Shown one piece after another: positions 1 to 12,263 of a DNA stretch of 64,000 nucleotides. A program made the translations under genes and the position numbers. Source of the stretch: Raja brachyura (lineage: Eukaryota); assembly GCA_963514005.1 (NCBI GenBank), contig OY740781.1:41292001-41356000 (forward strand). The letters are read 5' to 3'. Numbering within the stretch: the stretch's first letter is position 1; the number at the start of each line of letters is the position of its first letter. Under the pieces are notes generated by a model that was given only the letters and a program-made list of their open reading frames with translations, searched no databases and had not been told where the DNA came from.

Positions 1-37
1 TTGCAATAACCCACCCCGTTGAGGTGATCAAATGTAG

Positions 38-480
38 GAAACATAGAAAATAGGTGCAGGAGGCGGCTATTCGGCCCTTTGAGTCCACACTGCCATTCAT
101 TGTGATCATGACTGATCATCCACAATCAGTAACCCGTACCTGCTTTCTCCCCATACCCCTTGATTCCACTAGCCCCAAGAGCTCTATCCAACTCTTTTAA
201 ATGCATCCAGTGAATTGGCCGGTGAATTCTGTGGCAGAGAATTCCACAGATTCACAACTCTGGATGAAAAAGATTTTCCTCATTTCAGTTCTAAATGGTC
301 TCCCCATTAATCTTAAACTGTGGCCCCTGGTTTTGGATTCCCCCTACATTGGGAACATTTTTCCTGCATTTAGCTTGTCCAGTCCTTTTATAATTTTATA
401 TGTTTCTATAGGATTCCCTCTCATCCTTCTAAAGCACAGTGAATACAAGCCCAGTCTTTCCAATCTTTCCTCAAATGACA
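38..480 (-). mobile_element. CR1-type LINE 3' fragment
   Basis: Reverse complement of the ORF2 C-terminus (LGLYSL, QRVVNLWNSLP) and the cctgcacctattttctatgtttc tail. Confidence 0.85.
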
Positions 481-913
481 GGCCTCATTGGAAGAATCAG
501 ATTAAAATTGGATTTGTTTAAATGAGTGGTTGACGATCAGTACAGAGTTATGGGACAAAGGGCTTGTTTCTGCACTGTATCCCTCCATGACAGGAACAAA
601 GTCAACACTATTGATGTAATTTAGCCGTTGATCAGTTGATGCAGCTGGATAAAATGTAGGAAGGAAAGAATTAGCAGAACTTAAATTGCAAGTAATTTGG
701 CACAAAATTGCACAAGTCACTCTGAAGTATTGATATTGATCAGTTGACAGGGTCCAAACTCAACTAATTCAAGGGAATATAGTTGGCTTTGCTGAAGTAG
801 CATTTGTGAGAAATACAGTGATTTTAAATTCCTAATAGATGAAGAGAACTCATAGAGAAAAAAAGAGACTGCAGATGCTAGAATCTTCAGCAAAAACAAA
901 GTACTAGTGGAAT

Positions 914-1631
914 CCGGTGGGCGGCGCGACTCTTGTCACAGCGGCCTCTGCAGTCTATCTGTCTTTTTTTATTTTTTGTCTCGTTTTGAGTGTAGTTTTA
1001 GTGGGGTTTTTTTAGCTGGGTATGTGGGGGGTGGGGGAAACCTTTAACATCTTTTCCCTGTACGGAGGACCCGACCTTTTCTCTGTCGGGTCTCCGTTGT
1101 TGTTGGGGCCTCCAACCGGACCTAGGGCTCCAGTCGCGGAGCTGGCCAAGTTTGGAACGGGAGGAGCTGTGGTGGCGCGCTGTTGCTGCCCGACCCAGGA
1201 GATTCGGAGGCTCCAGCTGCAGGCTGGTGGACAGTGACTTCGGGAGCTCACGGGTGGGAGACCGCTTTTCGGAGCTCCCGCAATGGCAACTTCTCCCGCC
1301 CGGGGCGGCTTCAATGTACACGGGACTTGCTAGGGCCTGCTGGGGGCTCCAACATCAAGACCCGGAGCGCGGCCTTGCATCGCCCGACGCGGCCTTAGCT
1401 GCTGCGGGACTTACTTACCATCGCCCGCCGGGGGCTTTGACTCTGACATCGGGAGGAGAAAGGGGAGTGCAGGGGATAGATAAGACTTTGCCTTCCATCA
1501 CAGTGAGGAGGAGCTTCACTGTGATGCATGTTTGTGTAGATTGTGTTGTGTCTTGCTTCTTTTCTTGATTGTATGACTGCAGAAACTAAATTTTGTTTGA
1601 ACCTCAAATGACAATAAACGGTATTGTATTG
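914..1631 (+). mobile_element. GC-rich non-autonomous retroelement-like repeat with AATAAA + (TATTG)n tail
   Basis: Shares its head/T-rich/GC-core layout with 20697-23185 and, reversed, 41372-41662. Confidence 0.55.
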
Positions 1632-2885
1632 AGCAATCCAGGCAGCACCTGTGCAGGGAAATGGACAGACAGCTTTTCGAGTCAGGACTCTTCTTCAGAC
1701 TGACTTCCTTCAATATTTTGTTTTCTTGCACAAACTCATACTTTGATCCTTTTCAAATGTTTTCATAGTCTATGGGGGTCCCTTTGACAGCACTAGCTGA
1801 AAAGTCAATGCTAAATATCACAATTCATCTTTTCCACTGCAGTCAGATTACAGCCCAAGAGCCAGAATTCAAGTTCCAATTAAATATTCAATGCAGAGAA
1901 AGAACCATTCCCTCGAAACATTCAACCCCCTCCCTAGCTATAGGCTATATATCCAGATCCAATGACCTGGAAAGACTATCAGCATTCCAAACAGGAAGAG
2001 GAGACAGCAACCAGGTCTCCAGTATCAGATCCCATCTCCACAACGCCCCAAGGACATTTTGATGGCTTGTGGCTGTCAAAATAATTTAAACTTTTTACAT
2101 GTCTGATTAGAATCATACAGCATGGAAATAGGCCCTTCGGCCAAACCTACCTCTGCTGATCAAGATGCCCCATCCACACTAGTCCCACCTGTCCATATCC
2201 TTCTAAACATTTCTTATCCATGTACCTGTCCAAATAACTTTTAAATGGTGTTATAGTCATTATCAAACAGATTTAAACAATTACAACATTAATAACAATT
2301 ATAACATGTACATTTTCCTAAGATATTCACTACACAAATAAATTAATTAACAGGTAATGGTAAAATAGAGAAAAATCAGATCTGCATGCACTTATCTTTT
2401 TACTCAAGGTCAACAAAGCCTGCTCTAATGAATAAGCATCTGGCCTCCCAGTTATTGTCATACAGAGCCACAAGAGACAGCAGATGCCAGAATCCAGAGA
2501 AGAAAATAAACTGATGGAGGAACTCAACAACATCTGGGAAGGCAAAGGGATAGTTAACATTTTGAGTTGGGACACCCCGTTTCTCCCCCCCCCCCCCCCC
2601 CCCCACCACCAACCACCTGGATCAGGACCATAATGCAGGGTCTCGACCCCAAACAGTGGTGATTTGCAAAAAGGACAGGTCAAGAGCGAAAGATTGGGTG
2701 CACTGATATTTGAACTGCAGCTTGACTAGCTTCCAAGTTTAATACAAATGCCCATCATTTAGAGACAAGCTGACTTGAGAAGTGGAAAATCGCTGGTGGT
2801 GCATTTTCCGAACTGCTAACCAGAGGCGTGCACAGTTCGACCCATTGAGATAGAGATGGGACAGTTCATAAATTCTGCTTTATCT

Positions 2886-3424
2886 GGCGGTCACGGTGGT
2901 GCAGCGGTAGTGTTGCTGCCTTACAGCGAATGCAGCGTCGGAGACCGGGTTCGATCCCGACTACGGGTGCTGCCTGTATGGAGTTTGTACGTTTTCCCCG
3001 TGACCTACTTGGGTTTTCTCCAAGATCTTCGGTTTCCTCCCACACTCCAAAGACGTACAGGTTTATAGGTTAATTGGCTTGGTAAATGTAAAAATTGTCC
3101 CTAGTGGGTATAGAATAGTTGTGAATTTATGGAATTACCTGCCACAGAGGGCAGTGGAGGCCAAGTCAATGGATAGATTTAAGAGCTAGATAGCGCTCTC
3201 GGGGCTAGTGGAGTCAAGGGATATGGGGAGAAGGCAGGCACGGGTTATTGATAGGGGAAGATCAGCCATGATCACAAAGAATGGCGGTGCTGGCTCGAAG
3301 GGCCGAATGGCCTCTTCCTGCACCTATTTTCAATGTTTCTAATGTGCAGGGATCACTGGTCGGCATGGACCCGGTGGGCCAAAGGGCCTGTTCCCGCGCT
3401 GTATCTCTGAACTGAACTAAACTG
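2886..3424 (+). mobile_element. tRNA-head SINE (HE1/V-SINE-like) with a CR1 3' fragment inserted at about 3117-3340
   Basis: A-box tggtgcagcgg, B-box ggttcgatccc, core ggtttcctcccacactccaaagac, (ctaaa)-type tail. Confidence 0.85.
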
Positions 3425-4938
3425 ATGCTCAGCTGAGCTTACCAATCGACACTCACTCCATCTTCAGTATGACCTAATTGAGCCACTGTAATATTACTCG
3501 TCTATGCCTGTGCCCAAGTCCATCTGCTACAAAACAGTCATCCATACCTTTAGCACCTCCCAAAAATTCAACTTCCCCAACAATCGTCTGGCTAAACTCC
3601 ACATCATTTGAAAGATCTAGTGTCCTAATCAAAAACAGCACCGTACCTTTATTATGTGACAATAAAGTACCATTAAAACACCTTTCATACATCACCTTCA
3701 GTGCTCATGAACCAACATTTATTTTCAGAATAAAAAAGTGTAAAATGTCCATTCTTCCATCATCTTTTCTTATTTTGTCTGACCTCCAACAAGACATAGA
3801 AAATGTCATATCCCAAGAATAGTATCTGCCATGTCCATTACCTCTCCATTAAAGGCACAACTTGAGCAATTGAATGTGTATAATTCTCCCTAATCCAGGA
3901 ACCATTCTGGTAAACCTCCTCTGCAACCTTTCCAAATCCTCCGCAAGCTTCCTGCAATGGCATGACAGAACTGCACACAATACTCCAAATAAATTAAGTT
4001 TACAATAAATGCCAATAAACTGTTTGCACTTTTGATCCCATATCTTTCCAAGTTCCTTGACTTTGTTCTTTGGGAACCACAGTCAATGTCTTTGTTTGAA
4101 ATAGTACATCTTTCCCCATTTTAATGATATTGACTCATCAATTTGCTTTAAGCACAGCCATAAAGGTACCTATTTGCATCCTCCTTGGTCTTCTTAAGGA
4201 TGATTAACTATTGCTCCCCTTCTCATTATTATTATTTAATTGACAAATCTTCAAACTAAATTATATTCAATGGCTTCCCTGATAAGTGGTAAGTATTTGG
4301 TGGAGATTGTGTCATCTCTAAAACTTGTAATTTAATACATTAACTTTTTGAACCATCCTTAAAATCAGCAGACTGAGTGCACAATTCACATGTACAATCC
4401 GAGGAGAATTTTGCAGTTAGTAAAAGTAAGAAAAATTCACATGGTCTTTACTCAGTTATGCCTGCTTTGTCAGTGGAAGGACATCACCCTCCCTGCCTAT
4501 ATCCGATAAGCCTGCACCTAGGGTTACGAAGAGGTAAGACTATACGTAAATTAGCCTTCCTGAATATGAATCCATCGACAGCAACTGACCCGGTTGGAGT
4601 CCATAAACCTAAACAGTAGGAAATACTTGTATCTGGGATTGACGACAGGCAGTCTTTCAAACTGCTTGTTCCAACCTAGACTGAAAGCTGGATTTCAGGA
4701 ACATCATTGTTTTTTTTACCAAATCCCCCCTGAAAATCATTAAATTTAACCAATTATAGGACAAAAACACTTAATTCTGCATGCACCAAGAGATTTAAAG
4801 AGTTAATATATTAGAATGGGATTGAGACGGAAAGATAGATCAGCCATGATTCATTGGCAGAGTGGACTTGACGGGCCAAATAGCCTAATTCTGTTCCTAT
4901 GAAGTATAAATGGACTTATTCGAGAGTTGCATTTAAGA

Positions 4939-5240
4939 GGGTGGCACAGTGGTGCAGCAGTATAGTTGCTGGTCACAGCGCCAGAGATTCGGGTTCAATG
5001 CTGCACTACAGGTGCTGACTGTACGGAGTTTGTATGTTCTTCCTGTGACCACGTGGGTTTTCTCTGGATGCTTCGGTTTCCTCCCACACTCCAAAGTCAT
5101 ACAATAGGTTAATTGGCTTTGGTAAAAAATGTAAATTGTCCCCAGTGTGCAGAACATTGCTTTTGTATGGGGGCGATCGCTGGTCGGCATGGACTCAGTG
5201 GGCCGAAGGACCTGTTGCCATGCTGTATCTTTGAAGTCTA
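4939..5240 (+). mobile_element. tRNA-head SINE (HE1-like)
   Basis: Same head/core/tail as the 2886 copy. Confidence 0.85.
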
Positions 5241-5446
5241 GTGAAGAGGCTTTTGGGCAGGCATGTGGATATGCAGGGATTATGGATAATATGCAGGCAG
5301 ATAAGAGTTGGTCTTCGCATTATGTTCAGCACAGACAATGTGAGCAGAAGAGCTTGGTCTAGTGCTATACTGTTCGATTTATGTTCTCTGTTAATTTGGT
5401 ATTGTCCAGCATCTTAGGGTCAAACAGGTTGTAAGTTCCAACTGGT

Positions 5447-5614
5447 GACACAAGAAACTGCAAGTGCTGGAACCTTGCATAGAACATAAAGTGCTAGAGC
5501 AACTCAAGACAGGGCAGGCAGCATCACTAGAGGACACAGACAGATATTAAGTAGGGACCAGAGACGGCATCTGACCCGCTGAGTTATGCCAAACCAGCAC
5601 TTTGCGTTCTATGC
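5447..5614. mobile_element. Fold-back PLE pLTR derivative with 14-bp TSD
   Basis: aagttccaactggt at 5433-5446 and 5615-5628 flanks inverted pLTR pieces. Confidence 0.7.
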
Positions 5615-6336
5615 AAGTTCCAACTGGTAATGGCTTTTATTTATTTTCTCCATGTACATTTGTTGGTGGCTTCTGACAGGTTTAAGACCACCACGCTGAT
5701 CATTGAAATAGAATATAATTTCTGCTCATAAGATGAACTTTGCTCTTTGTTAGTGTTGAGCAAGGTGAGGGATACCCAGAGCAAACAATCAATAAATTCT
5801 GAAGCTCACAATGGCCCACCAAGACTTGGTAGACCATGTAATTACCTTGGTCTTGGACTTTCCAATTAACCAGATTCAGTTGGTTTGTCCAACCTTTCAA
5901 CAAGGCAGAGTCGTACTACCTGTTTTCAGCATTGCATCACCACTCAAATCAGAAAATCACTTCACTACCCAAATATCCTTAAGCTATCTCAGAAATACTG
6001 CCAAAAGAATCAAAATAGAAAATGCTAGAAATGCAAACTTGGTCTATCAGCATCAATCATTATCTGCACTTAACAAATTCTTTTTATGTCAAATCACATT
6101 AAAGTGATTTACACGTTTAATTACTTATCGAAATATGATTGGCATGAAGCCAGCTGAAGTTTTACCTTATAGGTCACAACCAAAACCCCTCCGGTTATTG
6201 AACAAACTGATTTTCACAGTTTCAGCAAGACATATAATTTACAAATTGCCTGTAATTCAGTGCACTAAATGAAATCTAGATCCTCACATTATTCTATATG
6301 AATACTTGTTAAATGTTAAAAAAATAAAAAACCCTT

Positions 6337-6372
6337 CAGTCTGAAGAAGGGTCCTGACCGAAACATCAACTG
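6337..6372 (+). ncRNA. Minimal hammerhead-like motif in a PLE pLTR fragment
   Basis: CAGU-CUGAAGA-AG-GGUC-CU-GACC-GAAACAUC-A-ACUG; CAGU/ACUG can form stem I. Confidence 0.45.
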
Positions 6373-6589
6373 CCCATTCACTCCTCAGCTGCTGCCTGAG
6401 CTGTTGTGTTCCTCCAGCACTTCAGACACAAGAAACTGGGGTTGAGAGATGAGTGTATGTAGGAAGGCAAAATACCAGGGTGACTGACTGTTGGGGGGGG
6501 GGGGTGGGGGAGGGGGGGAATACACTGGGGCGGGAATGGGAGGTGGTGGGAATACACCGGGGCGGGAATGGGATCATGGAAAGGATAGA

Positions 6590-6995
6590 GGGGATAAAGG
6601 AAGTATTGAAGTTGAAGTTGGAGAATTAAATGTTAATACTGTTGGGTTGTATGTAAACTACCCAGGCAGAATGAGGTGCTGTTTCTCCAGTTTGTGTGTG
6701 GTCTCACTCTGGCAATGGAGGAGGCCTATGGACTGAAAGGTCGATCAGGGAATGGGAAGAGACGTTAAAATGATTAGGAACCAGAAGACCCAGTGGGCCT
6801 CAGTGAACAGACTGGCAATGTTGGTCCCATACTTGGACTCAATGTAAAGGAGGAGGCCACAACGGGAGAACCAAATTAAGTCAACAATGTTTGGAAAGGT
6901 ACCATGAACCTCAATTTCACATAGAAAGGCTGCTGGGGTCCGGGATGGAAGCGAGAGGAGGTGCAAGGACAGGATAACTACATCCCCTGCAGCTG
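6590..6995 (-). mobile_element. PLE 3' (endonuclease-region) fragment
   Basis: Reverse complement resembles the 3' part of the 36185-37745 element; a related piece lies at about 62990-63090. Confidence 0.55.
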
Positions 6996-9599
6996 TAGAG
7001 GCAAGAACCTGGGGAGAGTATTTTTTTTCCCCCTTAAGAAATGTAGAGCTCATATCTTAATTGGGCAAAGGTCTTCTCCCCAAAGCAACTGGCATGATCG
7101 CCATGTATTTATCATACCCACTTTAAAAGAAGAAATAAAATAACACCTCAATGCAGTCTGTTCATTGTAATAGCACGATTCATACGCATGGGCGAAGAAA
7201 CAAAGAAAACCTTGGATTCATTTAAGTCACATCTACGACTGAAACATTCCATCAGCAAATCTTTTGAATATTTAGTTTCCAATAGAGAAGTGTTTTTGCA
7301 TTTCAGCAGCAAAGTCAAACAGCGAGTAAGGTTACAATGTAGCCAATTACAGAAGTAACCTGTCTGTTCCAATTAGTTAGCAATTTCTGACTGAGCGCAG
7401 AACCATAATAGGCCAGCACTTCGGGAACTAAATCTGGACTTCATATCACAGATTAAAGTGCACACCATAATTAGTGTGTAAATCATCCAGCAATTTATAG
7501 CAAGAAAGTGATACCCCATCCTAAATTACTGGACAATTTGCATTGCTTTAACCTCGTGCAAATGGGTGATCATCATAAACCTTCCCATAAGTTTCAACAT
7601 ATGGAGTCTTCTGAATATTGATAATTAATTAATGGACATGGAAGAAGTACAAATGCTGAACAAAGTAGGGATCCCGTCAACCTCTCAATCAATGTTTATC
7701 TTAGCTCCAGATTTAGTTTACCAGTGCACAAAATGACTGGCCAGGATTTTTTTTAAGAGGAAATTAGCGAGTGCCTGAGTACATTTATGGAGCGACACCT
7801 TGCATAAGTGAGAGGCTATTAAAATACCGTCCGATGCTTTGTGAAACTATGCAAAAAAGATCCAGGTTATATGCATGTAATGTTGAGAACACATGTAATT
7901 TAAACCTAATTTTTCATGTACAAGCAAGGAATTGCAAATGCTGGTTTACAAAAAAAAGGTACCAGACCCACTGAGTTACTCCAGCACTTTGTGTCCTACT
8001 TTTCCTTGATTAATTGCACAAAAACAAACTTCTCTTTAATGGTTGGCTTTAACCCACACCATCACAACATGACCTTGGGTGACAGGTAATAATGGACCAC
8101 TCTTTATAAATGTCATGAACAGAGTTGAGAATTACCCACTTGATCGAAAAAGGGAACTAATTTGATTTTTTTTTTAAAGCTTAAAACCGGCGATGTGTTT
8201 TCAGACCAAATGTTTACTGTTTCTCTTTCCATCTATGCTGCTTGACCCGAGTGTTTTAAGCAAAACCTATTTTTAGTTTGATTGATTAGGTGCATGGGAT
8301 ACATTGTTTGAACATAAACCTTTATACTTCCCAGCTGTATCATCCTTTGAGCAGTAATAGTTGGTTGAAATAAATCGTCTGAGTCTATTTGAATGGCAGA
8401 TATCTAGGAGCAGTATACACTTCCAGAAGATCATTCAAAAACTAATATCTTCACTCACAATTCAATCTTCTTTAATAAATTGTAACCCTGCTCCATGCTC
8501 AACACTGCAGCTAAAATTCTGAAGAGTATTTTAATATGAAATAGAATGTCCCGTGGTTGAAATATGTGACTTTGGTTTCCTGCAATCAACTGAGAATGTG
8601 ATGGTAAATGAATCTAAAGTATTCTTCATACATTTTTCATTTTGTCCATTAAAACTGGGCCCCTGCTGTGAACAACATGCAGCAAGTCTCTATCGTGTTA
8701 TCATAACTATGTTATTTCTACTGTGAAAATGAGCTAAATGAGTGGATCAGATGACCACATTACGTTGTTGCTAGCTTGTTCAGAGAGAAAACCATTATCC
8801 AATTATAGAAGTAATCAGTCCATTCTAATTAGTGGTTCATTTCTGATTGAACACAGGATAGTATGCAGCCAGCATTTTGGGTAGTAAATCATGACCACTT
8901 CTGTTAATGGCTAGTTTATGTGGAAAAAAAAGTTAGGAGCAAGTTAATTAAGTTATAAGTGTGGTGATAGTATAAAAGCAGTTTCTCCCTTTCAAAGAAA
9001 ATACTGATTTGTACTGATCCGAGATTCGCATAGGCTGAAAGCAACATTAAAGTCAGCATCACCCAGAGGTGGGGAAGCAAAGAAAAATACAGTATTGCCT
9101 TAGAATGAGCTCTCCAAATGCATTGCATCAATGGCGACGGATAGCCGAAAGAGTATGTTTAATAAGGAACTGCAGATGTTTGAAAAATCGAAAGTAGACA
9201 AAAAATGCTGGAGAAACTCAGCGGGCGAAAGTGTATTGTAGCTTTCACAGAATAGGATGTGGAAACTGGGCCAATGCAATATAGGGGTATCCTCTAGTAC
9301 CCATTTATGCTGCAAGAAGGGCCGAATGGCCTACTCCTGCACCTATTTTCTATCATTCTATGATTCTAAGAATACCCAAGAAAAAGCCACACACACAGTG
9401 ATTCAATTCGTTTTTGTTGTTGTCAGCTGAACGATTTTTATAAATAAAAAACAGTGGAAATAGAAAGAGGTGTAAATCAAAAGCCCAGTTCAGAAGATTA
9501 CAGCATGTCCTGTTTGGTCTGGACAAACATATGCAGTGCAGTAACATGCCTGCAAAGACTAATGGCAAACAATACAACAATTTACAAGCATTGTTAAAT

Positions 9600-10296
9600 C
9601 CCCAGACACTGAAAGTTAACATGCAGGTACAGCAGGCAGTGAAGAAAGCTAATGGCATGTTGGCCTTCAGAACGAGAGTATTTGAGTAGCAGAGTAAAGA
9701 AATCCATCTGCAGTTGTACAGGGCTCTGGTGAGACCACATCTGGAGTATTGTGCGCAGATTTGGTCTCCTAATTTGAGGAAGGACATCCTTGCTATCGAG
9801 GCAGTGCAGTGTAGGTTCACGAGGTTAATCCCCAGGATGGCGGGACTATCATATGAGGAAAGATAGGAAAGACTGGGCTTGTATTCACTGGAATTTAGAA
9901 ATATGAGAGGGGATCTTATAGAAACTTATAAAAGAACTGGACAAGCTAGATGGAGGAAAAATGTTCCCAATGTTGGGGGAGTCCAGAACCAGGGGCCACC
10001 ATCTAAGAATAAAAGGGAAGCCATTTAAAACTGAGATGAGAAAAAAAAAACTTTACCCAGAGAGTTGTGAATTTGTGGAATTCTCTGCCACAGAAGGCAG
10101 CAGAGGCCAATTCACTGGATGAATTTAAAAGAGAATTAGATAGAGCTCAAGGGACTAGCGGAATCAATGGATATGGGGAGAAGGCAGGCACGGATTACTG
10201 ATTGTAGATGATCAGCCATGATCATAATGAATGGTGGTGCTGGCTCATAGGGCCAAATGGCCTACTACTGCACCTACCCTATTTTCTATGTTTCTA
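9600..10296 (+). mobile_element. CR1-type LINE 3' fragment
   Basis: LYRALVRPHLEYC...WSP remnants plus the family 3' tail. Confidence 0.88.
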
Positions 10297-10475
10297 TAAC
10301 ATAATGGTCTAATAAGTGATGGAAGCTGCCATTTTACCAGAACTTTTGACTCGTCTCTCAATGTTGTTATTTTGTAGTATCCTTTGGACTTAACATGAAG
10401 GGAAAGCACATACCAAGTCACTTCTAAAGACAAATGCGATTCATCGGTAGAATCCAATAAAAAAGAGCAGCAAAC

Positions 10476-10598
10476 CTTTTTTTGAGACTCTAACTTTGCA
10501 TATTCCACTAGCATCGGCACTCCGTGGCTGCTGTAATAGTCTCGTTGTGTCCGATCAGCTATTCTTGGTTCATTTGGAAGATAATTACTAGCCCACAC
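10476..10598 (-). CDS. GALT: GALT exon 7 (VWASNYLPNEPRIADRTQRDYYSSHGVPMLVEYAKLESQKK)
   Basis: Homologous to human VWASSFLPDIAQREERSQ...LLRK; TTCAG acceptor, AAG|GTTTGC donor; 123 bp. No exon 8 found to the left within the window. Confidence 0.95.
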
Positions 10599-11180
10599 CT
10601 GAATCAGGATTAAAAGAAGAAAAAATCACCCTTGAGAAAAATTAAATTAAACAAGAAACTTCATAGTAGAATTGTTAGTTTTACACCTCAGAAGGTAGAC
10701 ATTTGGTTCACTGTTTCTGCATGTAAGAGAGCCTGCAGCCCAGTGCCAATTTCCTGCGTTTTGCCCAAGGCATTGCACCTTACCATACTCTCATACCCAT
10801 TCAAGCAGCTTTTTAAAAAATGATGAGGACTTGTGCCTCTGCCAGTCTTTCATGCACTGCGATCCAGATCTCACTACCCTCAGGGCAAAAAAAGATTTCC
10901 TCAATTCCTTTATAATCCTTCTACCAATTGCTTTAAATCTATGCCCTTGGTTATTAACCTCTCTGTAACTGAACAGGTTCGTTTGTAGTGAGGAGATTTG
11001 AAAACCTAATATAACCAAGGAGAAATATTGGCAACATCTTGATCTTGAATAAAAGTACACAACTGGAAAGCAGCTATGTTTTTCCATTCCGGTACTTGAA
11101 CAGAGGTCAAACACTGAATTGAAAGAAGCACTGAACAGCAATTGTAATAATCTGAAGTTATACTGCAAACATGTTCAGAC

Positions 11181-11692
11181 GTAGAAACAAGGAACTGCAC
11201 ATGTTGGTTTGCACAAGATGACAGAAAGTGCTGGAGTATGGGCGGCACAGTGGCGTAGTGGTAGAGCTACTGCCTTACAGCGCTGGAGACCCGGCTCTGA
11301 TCCCGACTACGGGTGCTTGTCTGTACGGAGTTTGTACGTTCTTCTCGTGACCCACGTAGTTTTTCCCCCCGAGATGTTCAGTTTCCTCCCACACTCCAAA
11401 GATGTACAGGTTTGTACGTTAATTGGCTTGGTGTAAATGTAAAAAGTCCTTAGTGTGTGTAGGGTAGTGTTAATGTGCAGTGATAACTGGTCCGTGTGGA
11501 CTCGGTGGGCAAAAGGGCGTTTCCATGCTGTATTTCTAAACTAAACAGGTCAGGCAGCATCTCTGGAGAACAAGAATAGGTGACTTTTCAGGTTGGGTTT
11601 CAGACTGGGAACGTCCCAACCCAAAACGTAATCTACCAATGTTATCCAGAGATGCTGCCCAACCCACTGAGTTACTCCAGCACTTCATGTCT
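11181..11692. mobile_element. Fold-back PLE pLTR derivative with 14-bp TSD, interrupted by a SINE
   Basis: aaacatgttcagac at 11167-11180 and 11693-11706; inverted gcagcatctctgga/tccagagatgctgc arms. Confidence 0.75.
11240..11546 (+). mobile_element. tRNA-head SINE (HE1-like)
   Basis: gggcggcacagtggcg head, conserved core, ctaaactaaa tail. Confidence 0.85.
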
Positions 11693-11977
11693 AAACATGT
11701 TCAGACTCTGGCTCATGAAGGGGATGTTACTTTGTGGGAGTCATCACAATCTGATTTGGTCAGAGCTCAATAATTTACTGCCTCGCTCTTGCGAATTAGT
11801 TATATTGGCTGAGAAGGACCAAGTGGTCATTTTGGGGAAATGGCATCAGCGACCACCTGAACGTCTTATTCCATGGTCTGCATCACTTTCTGAGCAATTG
11901 TTTATTGTTTAATTCCATTTACAAACATCAGAAAATATCCTTTTTTCTCTCCTTATGATGGGAAAAACTGCCTCAGT

Positions 11978-12263
11978 GGACGGCACTGTGGCACAGCTGG
12001 TAGAGCTGCTCCCTCAGTGCCAGAAACCAAAGTTCAATACTGATCTCTGGTGCTGTCTGTGTGGACACAGCATACTTTCCTATGACTGCATGGATTTACT
12101 CTGGGTGCTCTCGTTTCTTCCCACATCCCCAAAGACTTGTAGTATAATTGGCCTTTGGATGAGGATGTGGTATAATATGGAACTAGTGTGAACAGGTGAG
12201 CAATGGTCAGTGTGGATTCAGTGGGCTGAAGGGCCTATATCCATGTTGGATCTCTACACTAAA
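11978..12263 (+). mobile_element. Older tRNA-head SINE
   Basis: Diverged head, core and tail. Confidence 0.7.

Noticed and set aside
2886-2965. tRNA genes
   Set aside because: The tRNA-like heads continue into SINE core and tail in every copy, and I could not build a proper cloverleaf.
4474-4540. Plus-strand AG...GTAAGA candidate exon of a nested gene
   Set aside because: No recognisable peptide and no partner exons found.
1-10475. GALT exon 8 (W-x-x-W-P-Y motif)
   Set aside because: Not found by eye on the minus strand; presumably beyond the left edge, which implies intron 7 exceeds 10.4 kb.
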